Of a stretch of DNA of 24,579 nucleotides, positions 1 through 7,980 are shown piece by piece (the stretch's first letter is position 1; every line of letters starts with the position of its first letter). This stretch comes from Elusimicrobiota bacterium. GTDB lineage: Bacteria > CG03 > SLGR01 > JBDRKX01. The notes beneath the pieces were generated by a model, which worked only from the letters and a program-made list of their open reading frames with translations, was not told the origin of the DNA and ran no database searches. Where the stretch lies: positions 1 through 24,579 of the forward strand of contig JBDRKX010000078.1 in assembly GCA_043813605.1 (NCBI GenBank), read 5' to 3'. Both the position numbers and the translations under genes were made by a program.

Positions 1-64
1 TCATTATTACATTTTACATGGTTGAGGCAGACACGTAAAACAGAAACGTTTTTTGGCCTTTTGG

Positions 65-299
65 GAATCGTTAGTGTGCTTTTGATAGCGACGATATTGA
101 TGCTTAATTTTCAAAAAAAGCGGACATATTAAATGGGACACCTGGAATAAATACTGTAATTACAAATTCCGGGAGTGATTGCATAACTAAATCTAAAATA
201 GAATAAGTTCTTGGGATTTTTAGAATCGTTACCGTACTTTTAATAGCGACGATATTGATGCTTAATTTGCAAAAAAAGCGGACATATTAAATGGGACAC
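65..299. repeat. Direct repeat, two 77-bp copies (65-141 and 223-299, offset 158 bp)
   Basis: Base-by-base comparison gives 72/77 identities (core ATAGCGACGATATTGATGCTTAATTTkCAAAAAAAGCGGACATATTAAATGGGACAC). Weaker similarity extends about 30 bp further left. Confidence 0.93.
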
Positions 300-563
300 T
301 TTTCGGACATAGCCTTTTGTTGCATCGTCGAATATGGTTTCCTATGTCAGGAGTTCTGAATATATACATACCTAAGCTATCAAGGCGGTTTTAAGCGGCC
401 GTCAACGGGATACCTTCTCACCATATTATGTCGATTTTCATGACAAAGGTAAAACAAGCCTGTTTAGAGTCCAATATGTTTTAACGAACGGTTCTTTAGA
501 GGTGTTTACAAACAGAGATAAGGAAACTTCTCAGCCCTTTTCTCTTTAAGATTTTCTTTCAAA

Positions 564-995
564 TTATTTTTGGAATTTTTCGCTTACTTCAGGGTATTTT
601 TCCGATATAGCTTCCAGTTTATCGGAAAGGGTGTTAAGTTCATCTCCAAGGTCCTTAAAATCATCTCCGTCTCTGAGCTTGATCCTGCCTTTGAACTTGC
701 CCCTGTTCATATCCCTGAGCATATCCTCCAGGCGGCTTAACGGCCCTATTATCTTATGAGAAAAAAATATTCCTGAGATGAATACCGCACACAAAAGCAG
801 TATCACTCTTATGAAATATTTCTCCCAGTCTACCGGCTCGCTCAGGCGCTTGATGAAAAAGACCTGGGAAAGATCCCAGTACATCGTAGCACTGATCACA
901 ACAGCGATCAGCAGCATTGATACCACTATTATCAGCGTATATTTCAACTGATATCTTTTTTTTATGAAAAAATTTTTTCGCTTGAACTCTTTCAA
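564..995 (-). CDS. Small membrane protein with two TM helices and a HAMP domain, no output domain
   Basis: Two hydrophobic segments are followed by the HAMP-like SHKIIGPLSRLEDMLRDMNRG...LRDGDDFKDLGDELN. The listed ORF start (1055) lies inside the RNase P RNA, so TTG at 995 (LKEFKRKNFFIKK) is preferred. Confidence 0.75.
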   Translation of the reverse strand: MKEFKRKNFFIKKRYQLKYTLIIVVSMLLIAVVISATMYWDLSQVFFIKRLSEPVDWEKYFIRVILLLCAVFISGIFFSHKIIGPLSRLEDMLRDMNRGKFKGRIKLRDGDDFKDLGDELNTLSDKLEAISEKYPEVSEKFQK

Positions 996-1012
996 TCTTT
1001 TTTTGTTTCTGA

Positions 1013-1272
1013 TGGGGGATACTGCCTGTAAGCCGGATTCTGTTCTAACGGTCATTTATCTTTGCAGTTACCCGAGCCTCGAGCGCCGCGGGCAGCAGCT
1101 CAGCTCCTATTTACCTTGCTTCAGACAGGGTTTAGCCTTTTCACTCTTACCCCGTACCCCTTCGGGTACAAGGCAGACCTGGTTTCTGTGCCACTTTCCT
1201 GTCCTGCCCTGTGAAGTCCGGACTTTCCTCTCCCGGTCTATGCCGGGAGCGACCGAACAGCAGTATTCCCCA
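1013..1272 (-). ncRNA. rnpB: RNase P RNA, highly reduced form (~260 nt)
   Basis: Universal motifs GAGGAAAGUCCGG, CACAGAAA, GUGAAA, AGCAAG..AAAUAGG, GGGUA and ACAGAAUCCGGCUUA are present. Helices P1 (GGGGAAUACUGC/GCAGUAUCCCC), P2 (CGGUCG/UGACCG), P3, P4, P5, P6 (GGGCAG/CUGCCC), P7, P12 and P15-17 can be paired by eye. It sits in the usual position after the zinc-ribbon and RNase HI genes. Confidence 0.96.
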
Positions 1273-1686
1273 TTATTTCTTTCTCTTCTGCAGCATAGCC
1301 TCTGCAAGGTTATGCGGTTCTTCAGTATGAGACCTTCTAATATGTCTAAATTTGATCTCTTTGAAATTTTCCTTCAGTACTTCTATCCTGTCCTTGTATT
1401 CCTTTAACGATACGGATTTGACCTTGTACTGTCCATTCAGCTGTTTTATAATAAGCTCGGAATCGGAAAATACATCCAGGCGCTTAATATTAAGATTACC
1501 TGCTATCTTTATCCCTTCAAATACGGCCGCATACTCCGCCGTGTTATTTGTACCTTCACCGAGATAAACAGATCCTTTGAATATCTCATTATCCGCACTG
1601 TCCAGTATGACAACTCCCGCTGCTGACTGCCCGGGATTTCCAAGACATCCGCCATCAGTGTATAACTTATACAACGGTTCACTCAT
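1273..1686 (-). CDS. rnhA: Ribonuclease HI family protein (archaeal-like/Rv2228c N-terminal type)
   Basis: Motifs LYTDGGCLGNPG, TNNTAEY and SDSELIIKQLNGQYKVK; typical synteny with the zinc-ribbon gene and rnpB. Confidence 0.9.
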   Translation of the reverse strand: MSEPLYKLYTDGGCLGNPGQSAAGVVILDSADNEIFKGSVYLGEGTNNTAEYAAVFEGIKIAGNLNIKRLDVFSDSELIIKQLNGQYKVKSVSLKEYKDRIEVLKENFKEIKFRHIRRSHTEEPHNLAEAMLQKRKK

Positions 1687-2383
1687 CCTTAAAAAACAGG
1701 AACTTACTGCAGTTCTCGCAACATACTACCTGATCCTTCAGGACTTCATTTACCATCTGAGGAGGAAGCTGACAATGGCATCCGCCGCAACTGTCTTTGT
1801 CTACCTCGGCCATCGCCAGCCCGTTTCGTCTTTCCCGCAGTTTTTTATAATCCTCAAGTAATTCAGGATTGATCCCTGCCCTGACCGGTTCGATTGCTAC
1901 TTTGAGCTCATCCCTGTTCTCTTCAAGTCTCCTGATCTCCTCTTCATATTCATACTGGTTCTTTTTTATCTCCTGTTTGATCTTTTCAAGGTCTTCTTTC
2001 AATACTGAAATATCCGACTGTTTTTCTTCTACTGCATACGAGAGTTCCAGTATAGTTTCTTCTGTTGACTCAATAGCCTTTTTCTTCTGGGATATCTCTA
2101 TCTGCATCTTACTGTAAGCCTCGTTACTCTTAAGTGTATTCAGCTGTTCATTATGCTTCCTGATAGCTTCCTCCGCAGAACCGAGCTCCATTTCTTTCTG
2201 GTTGATGTGCAATTTCTTATCATTAAGCTCATTATTCGCGTCTTCTATTTCCTGCTGTTTGGCATTGGCGCGGTCTTCTTCTTCTTCTATCATTTGAGGA
2301 ATCTCTTCAAGGCGTGCCTCTACATCATCAAGGATCGTATCCAGTTTCTGCAGTTCTAGTAATTTCTTTATATCTTCATTCAT
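1679..2383 (-). CDS. C4-type zinc ribbon domain protein (coiled coil plus zf-RING_7, CT398-like)
   Basis: N-terminal LLELQKLD, a long coiled coil, and C-terminal CGGC...CENCSKFL. Start moved to ATG 2383 because the longer ORF overlaps tRNA-Val. Confidence 0.9.
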   Translation of the reverse strand: MNEDIKKLLELQKLDTILDDVEARLEEIPQMIEEEEDRANAKQQEIEDANNELNDKKLHINQKEMELGSAEEAIRKHNEQLNTLKSNEAYSKMQIEISQKKKAIESTEETILELSYAVEEKQSDISVLKEDLEKIKQEIKKNQYEYEEEIRRLEENRDELKVAIEPVRAGINPELLEDYKKLRERRNGLAMAEVDKDSCGGCHCQLPPQMVNEVLKDQVVCCENCSKFLFFKDE

Positions 2384-2397
2384 GTCAGACTCATCAA

Positions 2398-2474
2398 TGG
2401 TGGGCAATGCAGGACTTGAACCTGCGACCTCTCGGATGTGAACCGAACGCTCTAGCCAGCTGAGCTAATTGCCC
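2398..2474 (-). tRNA. tRNA-Val(CAC)
   Basis: GGGCAATTAGCTCAGCTGGCTAGAGCG TTCGG TT CAC AT CCGAG AGGTC GCAGGTTCAAGTCCTGC ATTGCCC A CCA; full cloverleaf with encoded CCA. Confidence 0.96.
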
Positions 2475-2556
2475 TTCACAGCTTAAGTTCATGCTTTTCC
2501 GAAATACCAATGATCTTCTATTTAATAAGCTATTATCTATTAATAACGATTTTTTC

Positions 2557-2633
2557 TGGTGGGCCCACCAGGACTTGAACCTGGGACACCCTGATTATGA
2601 GTCAGGTGCTCTAACCAACTGAGCTATGGGCCC
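2557..2633 (-). tRNA. tRNA with CAT anticodon, most likely tRNA-Ile2 (lysidine-modified) rather than tRNA-Met
   Basis: GGGCCCATAGCTCAGTTGGTTAGAGCA CCTGA CT CAT AA TCAGG...GGTTCAAGTCC...TGGGCCC A CCA. It has a paired G1-C72, no initiator GGG/CCC anticodon stem, an Ile-type acceptor and D arm, and lies after rpoD as ileX does in many bacteria. Confidence 0.92.
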
Positions 2634-2648
2634 TTTCTTAATCATTTA

Positions 2649-2676
2649 ATTTTAGCCATTTTGCGGGAATTGTCAA
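2649..2676 (-). promoter_or_regulatory. Sigma70-type promoter for the tRNA-Ile2/tRNA-Val unit
   Basis: TTGACA-N16-TAAAAT ending 15 nt upstream of the tRNA 5' end. Confidence 0.7.
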
Positions 2677-2736
2677 CTTAGAATGGATGTCGGATAAACA
2701 GTACCAGCATATCCCTTTATTGCTACAGAAAAAGGC

Positions 2737-4449
2737 CTATTCTTCTATCTCGAGGTATTCCCTCAGGAATTTGCTTCTTGACGGATGCTTCAGTTTTCTA
2801 AGGGCTTTTGCCTCTATCTGCCTTACCCTTTCGCGAGTTACGCCGAAGATCTTTCCCACTTCCTCAAGAGTCCTGGGATATCCGCCTTCAAGCCCAAACC
2901 GGAGTTTTATTATCCTTGCTTCACGTTCTTTGAGAGTACTTAGGACCTTTTCTATTTCCTTTCTCCTCAAGGAATGCATTGTTGCGTTATCAGGAGTCGT
3001 TCCTTCCTGGTCTTCTATAAAATCCTCCAGCCTGCTGTCTTCATCATCACCTATGGGAGTATCGAGTGAAATAGGTTTCTGCCTGATCTCCATTATCCTT
3101 CTTACTTTCCCCACATCAAGCTTCAGCTCTTTGGAATATTCCTCTACAGTAGGTTTGCGGCCGTATTTCTGTTTCCACTCTCTTGTAACTTTTGATATCT
3201 TATTAATGATCTCCTTCATATGAACAGGAATTCTTATCGTTCTTGCCTGATCTGCTATCGCCCTGTTTATTGACTGCCTTATCCACCAGGTCGCATATGT
3301 TGAAAACTTGAATCCCTTCTTGTATTTGAATTTATCCACCGCTTTCATCATTCCAATGGAACCTTCCTGTATAAGGTCCAGGAGTGAGAGGCTCGGATTA
3401 GTGTTCTTCTTAGCAATCGAGACCACAAGTCTGAGATTGGCTCTTACAAGCGTCATTTTCCCGTTATTTATATTCCTTTCATATGCAAATATCTTTCTTA
3501 TCGCATGGGTCAGTTCATCGAGATCCATATTCAGTTTCCGGGCCTCGGCATGCATCTTCAGTTTCAGATTCCTGATATCGTCCCTGATTATTTCTATCCT
3601 TCTGACAGTTACTCCTGTAACGGCTCTGAATTTACGTTCACCTATGTTATCCCCCCTGTATGACCGTAACACTTTTTTAGCCTCTTCGTACGGGATATTC
3701 ATGCAGGATGCCGCTCTTGTCTTGCGCCTGTCAAGCCTGCGTACAGGATCAGTTATTTCCTTAAAAGTCTCTATTACATTCTTTATTACAGACTTCCTTA
3801 TGTTAAGATTCAGAATACTGTCTACAATGTTCTCTAATTCCTTATCTATTTCTTTCTGGATCTTTCTTTTTTCACTTGTGGATACACTTCTTTTTATAAG
3901 CTTGGTACACCTTCTCTCGATCTTATTCTGGCGTCTCTTTATTTCCGAATATGTATTACCGACCTTTTTCTTCATGGACTCAAGGATCCGTTTCGTCTTG
4001 CGGCCTCTTTTCATTATGTCCCTGGGAGATATCTTCTCATTTTTCAGATCCTGTGCGATCCTTTTTATCTCTTCAATACCTATATGAGTACCCAATACAA
4101 GCCTGACCAGGCTTTTTTCATTTTCCTGGATGCTTTTGGCCAGATGCATCTCCTGGGAACGCGTCAAAAGAGGTTCTTTTCCCATTTCACTCAGGTACAT
4201 TTTTATAGAATCGGTAGAAGAAAGGGATGGAGGAGGAATACTTTTGATACCTTCAGATGTTCTTCTTTTCGCCAGTTCGGCTTTCTTGCGTTCATCTATA
4301 ACATTTATGTGAGCTGTCTCCAGCCTGTTAAAGATCTCATCTACTTCTTCCGGCGCAATATTCTCGTCATCCAGGTATGTGTTTATCTGCTGGTATGTCA
4401 AAAAGCCGCTTTCCGCACCTTTTGATATCAGTTTTTCTATATCAAACAA
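2737..4449 (-). CDS. rpoD: Primary RNA polymerase sigma factor RpoD (sigma70)
   Basis: Region 1.1 (GFLTYQQIN), 1.2 ([15 protein letters not shown]), 2 ([30 protein letters not shown]), 3 and 4 ([24 protein letters not shown]). TTG start with GGAGG SD; directly after dnaG. Confidence 0.97.
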   Translation of the reverse strand: MFDIEKLISKGAESGFLTYQQINTYLDDENIAPEEVDEIFNRLETAHINVIDERKKAELAKRRTSEGIKSIPPPSLSSTDSIKMYLSEMGKEPLLTRSQEMHLAKSIQENEKSLVRLVLGTHIGIEEIKRIAQDLKNEKISPRDIMKRGRKTKRILESMKKKVGNTYSEIKRRQNKIERRCTKLIKRSVSTSEKRKIQKEIDKELENIVDSILNLNIRKSVIKNVIETFKEITDPVRRLDRRKTRAASCMNIPYEEAKKVLRSYRGDNIGERKFRAVTGVTVRRIEIIRDDIRNLKLKMHAEARKLNMDLDELTHAIRKIFAYERNINNGKMTLVRANLRLVVSIAKKNTNPSLSLLDLIQEGSIGMMKAVDKFKYKKGFKFSTYATWWIRQSINRAIADQARTIRIPVHMKEIINKISKVTREWKQKYGRKPTVEEYSKELKLDVGKVRRIMEIRQKPISLDTPIGDDEDSRLEDFIEDQEGTTPDNATMHSLRRKEIEKVLSTLKEREARIIKLRFGLEGGYPRTLEEVGKIFGVTRERVRQIEAKALRKLKHPSRSKFLREYLEIEE

Positions 4450-6244
4450 GGTCTCCTCCTATTTTTATATCACTATTTCCGCTATACAATGCTTTTAATA
4501 ACCGTTTTTGCTTTTCAATCAGTTCCCGCGGCACAGTCTTGTCCTGATGCTGAAGCGATTTAATCTGGTCGGATAAAGACTGTATTTTTTTATCTATCAA
4601 GAGTTCAATATATGTTTTTTTTAAATCTTCAAGATATTCCTGTGGTTTCATCGTACTTGAAAGCGGCGTGAGAGCAAGTCCAGTAAAGATGCTGCCGGCA
4701 TCATCTTCGATCTCTTGTAACATCCTGTGGATATCCCCCTTGTATATCTGTGTATATCCCAAGAATAAGTCATAATATTTTCCTTTTGCGGTTTTGTCAA
4801 GTGGAAGATCACTTATATCCTCTATAAATTGAGGATACTTTAAAAGTACATGCATTATTTCCTTAAGAATTCTTTCATGCTTTCCTGCAGGAACATCCCT
4901 AAGCCCTTTGGGAGTCTCAACTGCAGCGGATTCACTAAAAGAACGCGTCTTATTAGATATCTCCTTCAGGATGTCTTTCTGCTGAATTTTAAGCTTCCCT
5001 GCTATGAGCTTCATTATCTCATTGCTTTTCACATAGCCTATGTTCTCCCTGTCCCTTACGATGCTGATCAGGGGCGAAAGATCTTTTACTATCTTTACGT
5101 TCCTCTCGATCTTATCATCGATATGCTGATACTTATCCATACTGCAGTCTATTCTCCATTCGATGATCGGACTGGATGTTTCAACTTTTTTAAGGAAATC
5201 ATCCCGGTCTTTTCTTATGATGTCTTCAGGATCGCTCCCCTTCGGCAATTCGCACACCTTGGCTCTCATCTCTGACATAAGTACGGCTTCAAGGCCTCTT
5301 TCAGTAGCTTTTCTTCCGGCGTCATCCGCATCAAACGTGAAGACTATCTCTTCCACCCAGTGTTTAAGCTTATATATGTGCTGCGAGGTCAATGATGTTC
5401 CAAGTGTAGCGACAGCATTTTCAATATCATACTGATGTGCAGCAATCACATCCATGTATCCTTCCAGCAAGAGCAGCCTTTTGGCGGCTTTCACCTTTTC
5501 CTTTCCCTGATAGAAGCCGTATAAGAGACAGCTCTTCTCGAAAACAGCCGTCTGTGCCGTGTTAAGGTATTTGGGAGATTTTGAATCGTCAAGGACCCTT
5601 CCGCCGAAGCCCCTTATCTTCCCTGTCTCATCATGTATCGGGAAAATGATCCTTCCCCTGAACATATCGTAAAGCCGGCCTGCTGAGTCACGGCCGGCCA
5701 GTCCGGATCTTATAAGGATATCTTCATTTACCTTGGCGTTCAGCGCCATTTTAATAAGCATATTGCCGCCTGGGGCATAACCCAGTTGAAATCTTTCGAT
5801 CATACCGGCGTCCACTCCCCTTTGAGAAAGATACTCCAATGCACTACTGCCTGTTTTACTCGTAAGTATCTTACTATAGAAGGCTGTTGCGCGTTCATTT
5901 ACCTTTATGATCTCTTCTTTTCGGTCACGCTGTTTGTCCCTGTTGTTATCTCTCTTGAATTCTATCTTGATACCGGCCCGGTCCGCGAGACGCTTCAGCG
6001 TTTCCGGAAATTCCATTCTGTCCATTTTCATCACAAAGGTGAATATATCACCGGATTCCCCGCATGAAAAACAATGGAAGATCTGCTTCTCCGGAGAGAC
6101 TACAAAACTGGCCGTCTTTTCCTGATGAAAAGGACAAAGTGCCTTATAATTGGCGCCGGCGCGCTTTAAAGGAAAATACTCCTCTATAATGCTGACGATA
6201 TCACTGGCTTCCCTTATTGATGCAATAGTATCATGATCTACCAT
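4442..6244 (-). CDS. dnaG: DNA primase
   Basis: Zinc finger [18 protein letters not shown], plus [20 protein letters not shown] and Toprim EGYMDVI / FDADDAG / DPED. Start is ATG 6244 or 6265. Confidence 0.97.
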   Translation of the reverse strand: MVDHDTIASIREASDIVSIIEEYFPLKRAGANYKALCPFHQEKTASFVVSPEKQIFHCFSCGESGDIFTFVMKMDRMEFPETLKRLADRAGIKIEFKRDNNRDKQRDRKEEIIKVNERATAFYSKILTSKTGSSALEYLSQRGVDAGMIERFQLGYAPGGNMLIKMALNAKVNEDILIRSGLAGRDSAGRLYDMFRGRIIFPIHDETGKIRGFGGRVLDDSKSPKYLNTAQTAVFEKSCLLYGFYQGKEKVKAAKRLLLLEGYMDVIAAHQYDIENAVATLGTSLTSQHIYKLKHWVEEIVFTFDADDAGRKATERGLEAVLMSEMRAKVCELPKGSDPEDIIRKDRDDFLKKVETSSPIIEWRIDCSMDKYQHIDDKIERNVKIVKDLSPLISIVRDRENIGYVKSNEIMKLIAGKLKIQQKDILKEISNKTRSFSESAAVETPKGLRDVPAGKHERILKEIMHVLLKYPQFIEDISDLPLDKTAKGKYYDLFLGYTQIYKGDIHRMLQEIEDDAGSIFTGLALTPLSSTMKPQEYLEDLKKTYIELLIDKKIQSLSDQIKSLQHQDKTVPRELIEKQKRLLKALYSGNSDIKIGGDLV

Positions 6245-6276
6245 AGTATTATTCCGTACATGCAAATGTTTGACTC

Positions 6277-7605
6277 TTATACAATCCAGTCGCCCGAAGC
6301 ATCCGCCTCGTCAATCCGCATCTTTATTATTTTCTTAGTTTCTTCATCAATTCTAGAAGAAGCAAGCATGCGTGAGAGCGAATATTTTGCAGACTTTCTG
6401 ATATCTTTATCTTCAGATTCCAGGAGAGCAAGCTGAAGATCGATACTTTCAGGAGATACGAGTTCACCCAGCAACCTGCACGCTGCAGACTTGAAACTTC
6501 CCTTTTCTCTTTTTATCATCCGCCCGGCAATACCCACTGCTATTTCAGGGCTTATCTTGTGCAGTATCTTTACCATCACAAGTTTCACCCTGTAATCCGG
6601 ATCATGCACGAACTCTTCGAGCATATTAAGGGCCACCTGATTCTCGTAGGGGTCCTCCCCGGCAAATTTTGATTCGATGATCTCAAGTTTCTTCATCTTC
6701 TTCTCGAATTCGGTATCTATCTTATCGTAGCTTTTAAAATCCCTTATACGGCGGAACGGATACCGGCCGAAAACGAATAACCATAAAACCGTCAGCCCGG
6801 ATATGGCAAGCATTATGAATGCAATTATCCTATACCAGGATGAAACTCCGGGTCCTCTCTCCTGTTCCATGTTTTTCTCAGTGACCTGTGTGATTATTTT
6901 TTCTTTTTCTTCGAGTTTTCTAAGCAATCCTTCCTTCTCTTTTTCAACGTGTTCTATTTTTCTGAGAAGTTCTTCTTCCTTTTTTTGGTCTATGATCGGT
7001 TGTTCTTTCTTTTTGGTTTCATTTATTTTTTGAACCGGCAGTTTCTTTTTCTCAACATTTTTTTCTTTTGCCGGTACTTCCACTGTTTTTGCTTTTTTTG
7101 ATAATTCCCTGTTTACTTCTTCAAATATTGTTTTTGCTTTTTCATTATCGGGCGAGATCTCAAGAGCCTTATTCAGATATTTTCTTGATTCAGAATAATT
7201 TTTCGCATTTTTCTGCCCTTCGCCCAGTTCAGTGAGTATTTTAACCAGAAGTTTATTCACCTGATAGTTTTTATTGTCTCTTGAAAACGCCACATTGAGC
7301 TTTTCAAGTGCCGACACGGGATTGCCCTCTATATAACTCCGCAGGGCTTCATTTAACAGGCCGCTTGTAAGATCGATCTTTTTTCTGCATTCTTTCATGA
7401 GGACCGATGTGTCTTCATGATCCGGGCGGGTTTTCAGGATCTCTTCGAGCTTGCTGACTGCCTGTTCATATTTGCCAATAGCATAAAGTTCTTCTGCTTG
7501 ATAATATATCCTGCTTATCGCCTGGTCCTCAGCGCTTTCTGCTGCTGCCGGCAGGAATATCAGAGAAAAATAAACGGCACTGATAATTATTGTTTTATAG
7601 ATCAT
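6277..7605 (-). CDS. Membrane protein: signal peptide, TPR repeats, coiled-coil stalk, single TM helix, C-terminal HEAT-like repeats
   Basis: Hydrophobic N-terminus ending PAAAESA; TPR-like YEQAVSKLEEILKTRPDH and YLNKALEISPDNEKA; TM IIAFIMLAISGLTVLWLFVF; HEAT-like DPDYRVK, AACRLLGEL and EDKDIRKSAKYSL. Confidence 0.75.
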   Translation of the reverse strand: MIYKTIIISAVYFSLIFLPAAAESAEDQAISRIYYQAEELYAIGKYEQAVSKLEEILKTRPDHEDTSVLMKECRKKIDLTSGLLNEALRSYIEGNPVSALEKLNVAFSRDNKNYQVNKLLVKILTELGEGQKNAKNYSESRKYLNKALEISPDNEKAKTIFEEVNRELSKKAKTVEVPAKEKNVEKKKLPVQKINETKKKEQPIIDQKKEEELLRKIEHVEKEKEGLLRKLEEKEKIITQVTEKNMEQERGPGVSSWYRIIAFIMLAISGLTVLWLFVFGRYPFRRIRDFKSYDKIDTEFEKKMKKLEIIESKFAGEDPYENQVALNMLEEFVHDPDYRVKLVMVKILHKISPEIAVGIAGRMIKREKGSFKSAACRLLGELVSPESIDLQLALLESEDKDIRKSAKYSLSRMLASSRIDEETKKIIKMRIDEADASGDWIV

Positions 7606-7979
7606 CGCTTCAATATTTTATTAAGTGCAAGTTCCAGGTCATTTTTACTGTACGGTTTTGTAAGAAATGCATCAGGAACAGCTTTATCACCGTCAAGTTC
7701 GAAATATTCTTTCATACACTCTTTGCCTGTACTTATAATAATAGGCATGCCTTCCATATCCGGGAGGGAACGTATCTTTTTAAACAGGACATATCCGTTC
7801 ATATCGGGCATTACTATATCCAGGATCGCCGCTATCGGCCTCTGGGATTCCAGCATATTAAGGGCACTAGTACCATTGTTCACAGTTCGCACGTTATAAC
7901 CGAGTCTTTCAATTGCATGCCTGAGAAGACGGCATGTGTTCTCATCATCATCTACAACAAGTATATACCCTTCTGCCAT
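7602..7979 (-). CDS. Single-domain response regulator (CheY-like receiver)
   Basis: ILVVDDD, LDIVMPDMNG (phospho-Asp), IIISTG and FLTKPY are all intact. Confidence 0.93.
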   Translation of the reverse strand: MAEGYILVVDDDENTCRLLRHAIERLGYNVRTVNNGTSALNMLESQRPIAAILDIVMPDMNGYVLFKKIRSLPDMEGMPIIISTGKECMKEYFELDGDKAVPDAFLTKPYSKNDLELALNKILKR

Positions 7980-7980
7980 G

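Noticed and set aside
1..310. Possible CRISPR array or leader at the left end
   Set aside because: Only two long (77-bp) copies are present, there is no 25-45-bp repeat/spacer periodicity, and no cas genes are in the window.
375..549. Stop-free + strand frame of about 58 codons
   Set aside because: No convincing start or SD and no recognisable protein motif.
964..1407. ORFs 964-1407 (+) and 1107-1307 (-)
   Set aside because: They overlap the RNase P RNA and rnhA; these are shadow ORFs.
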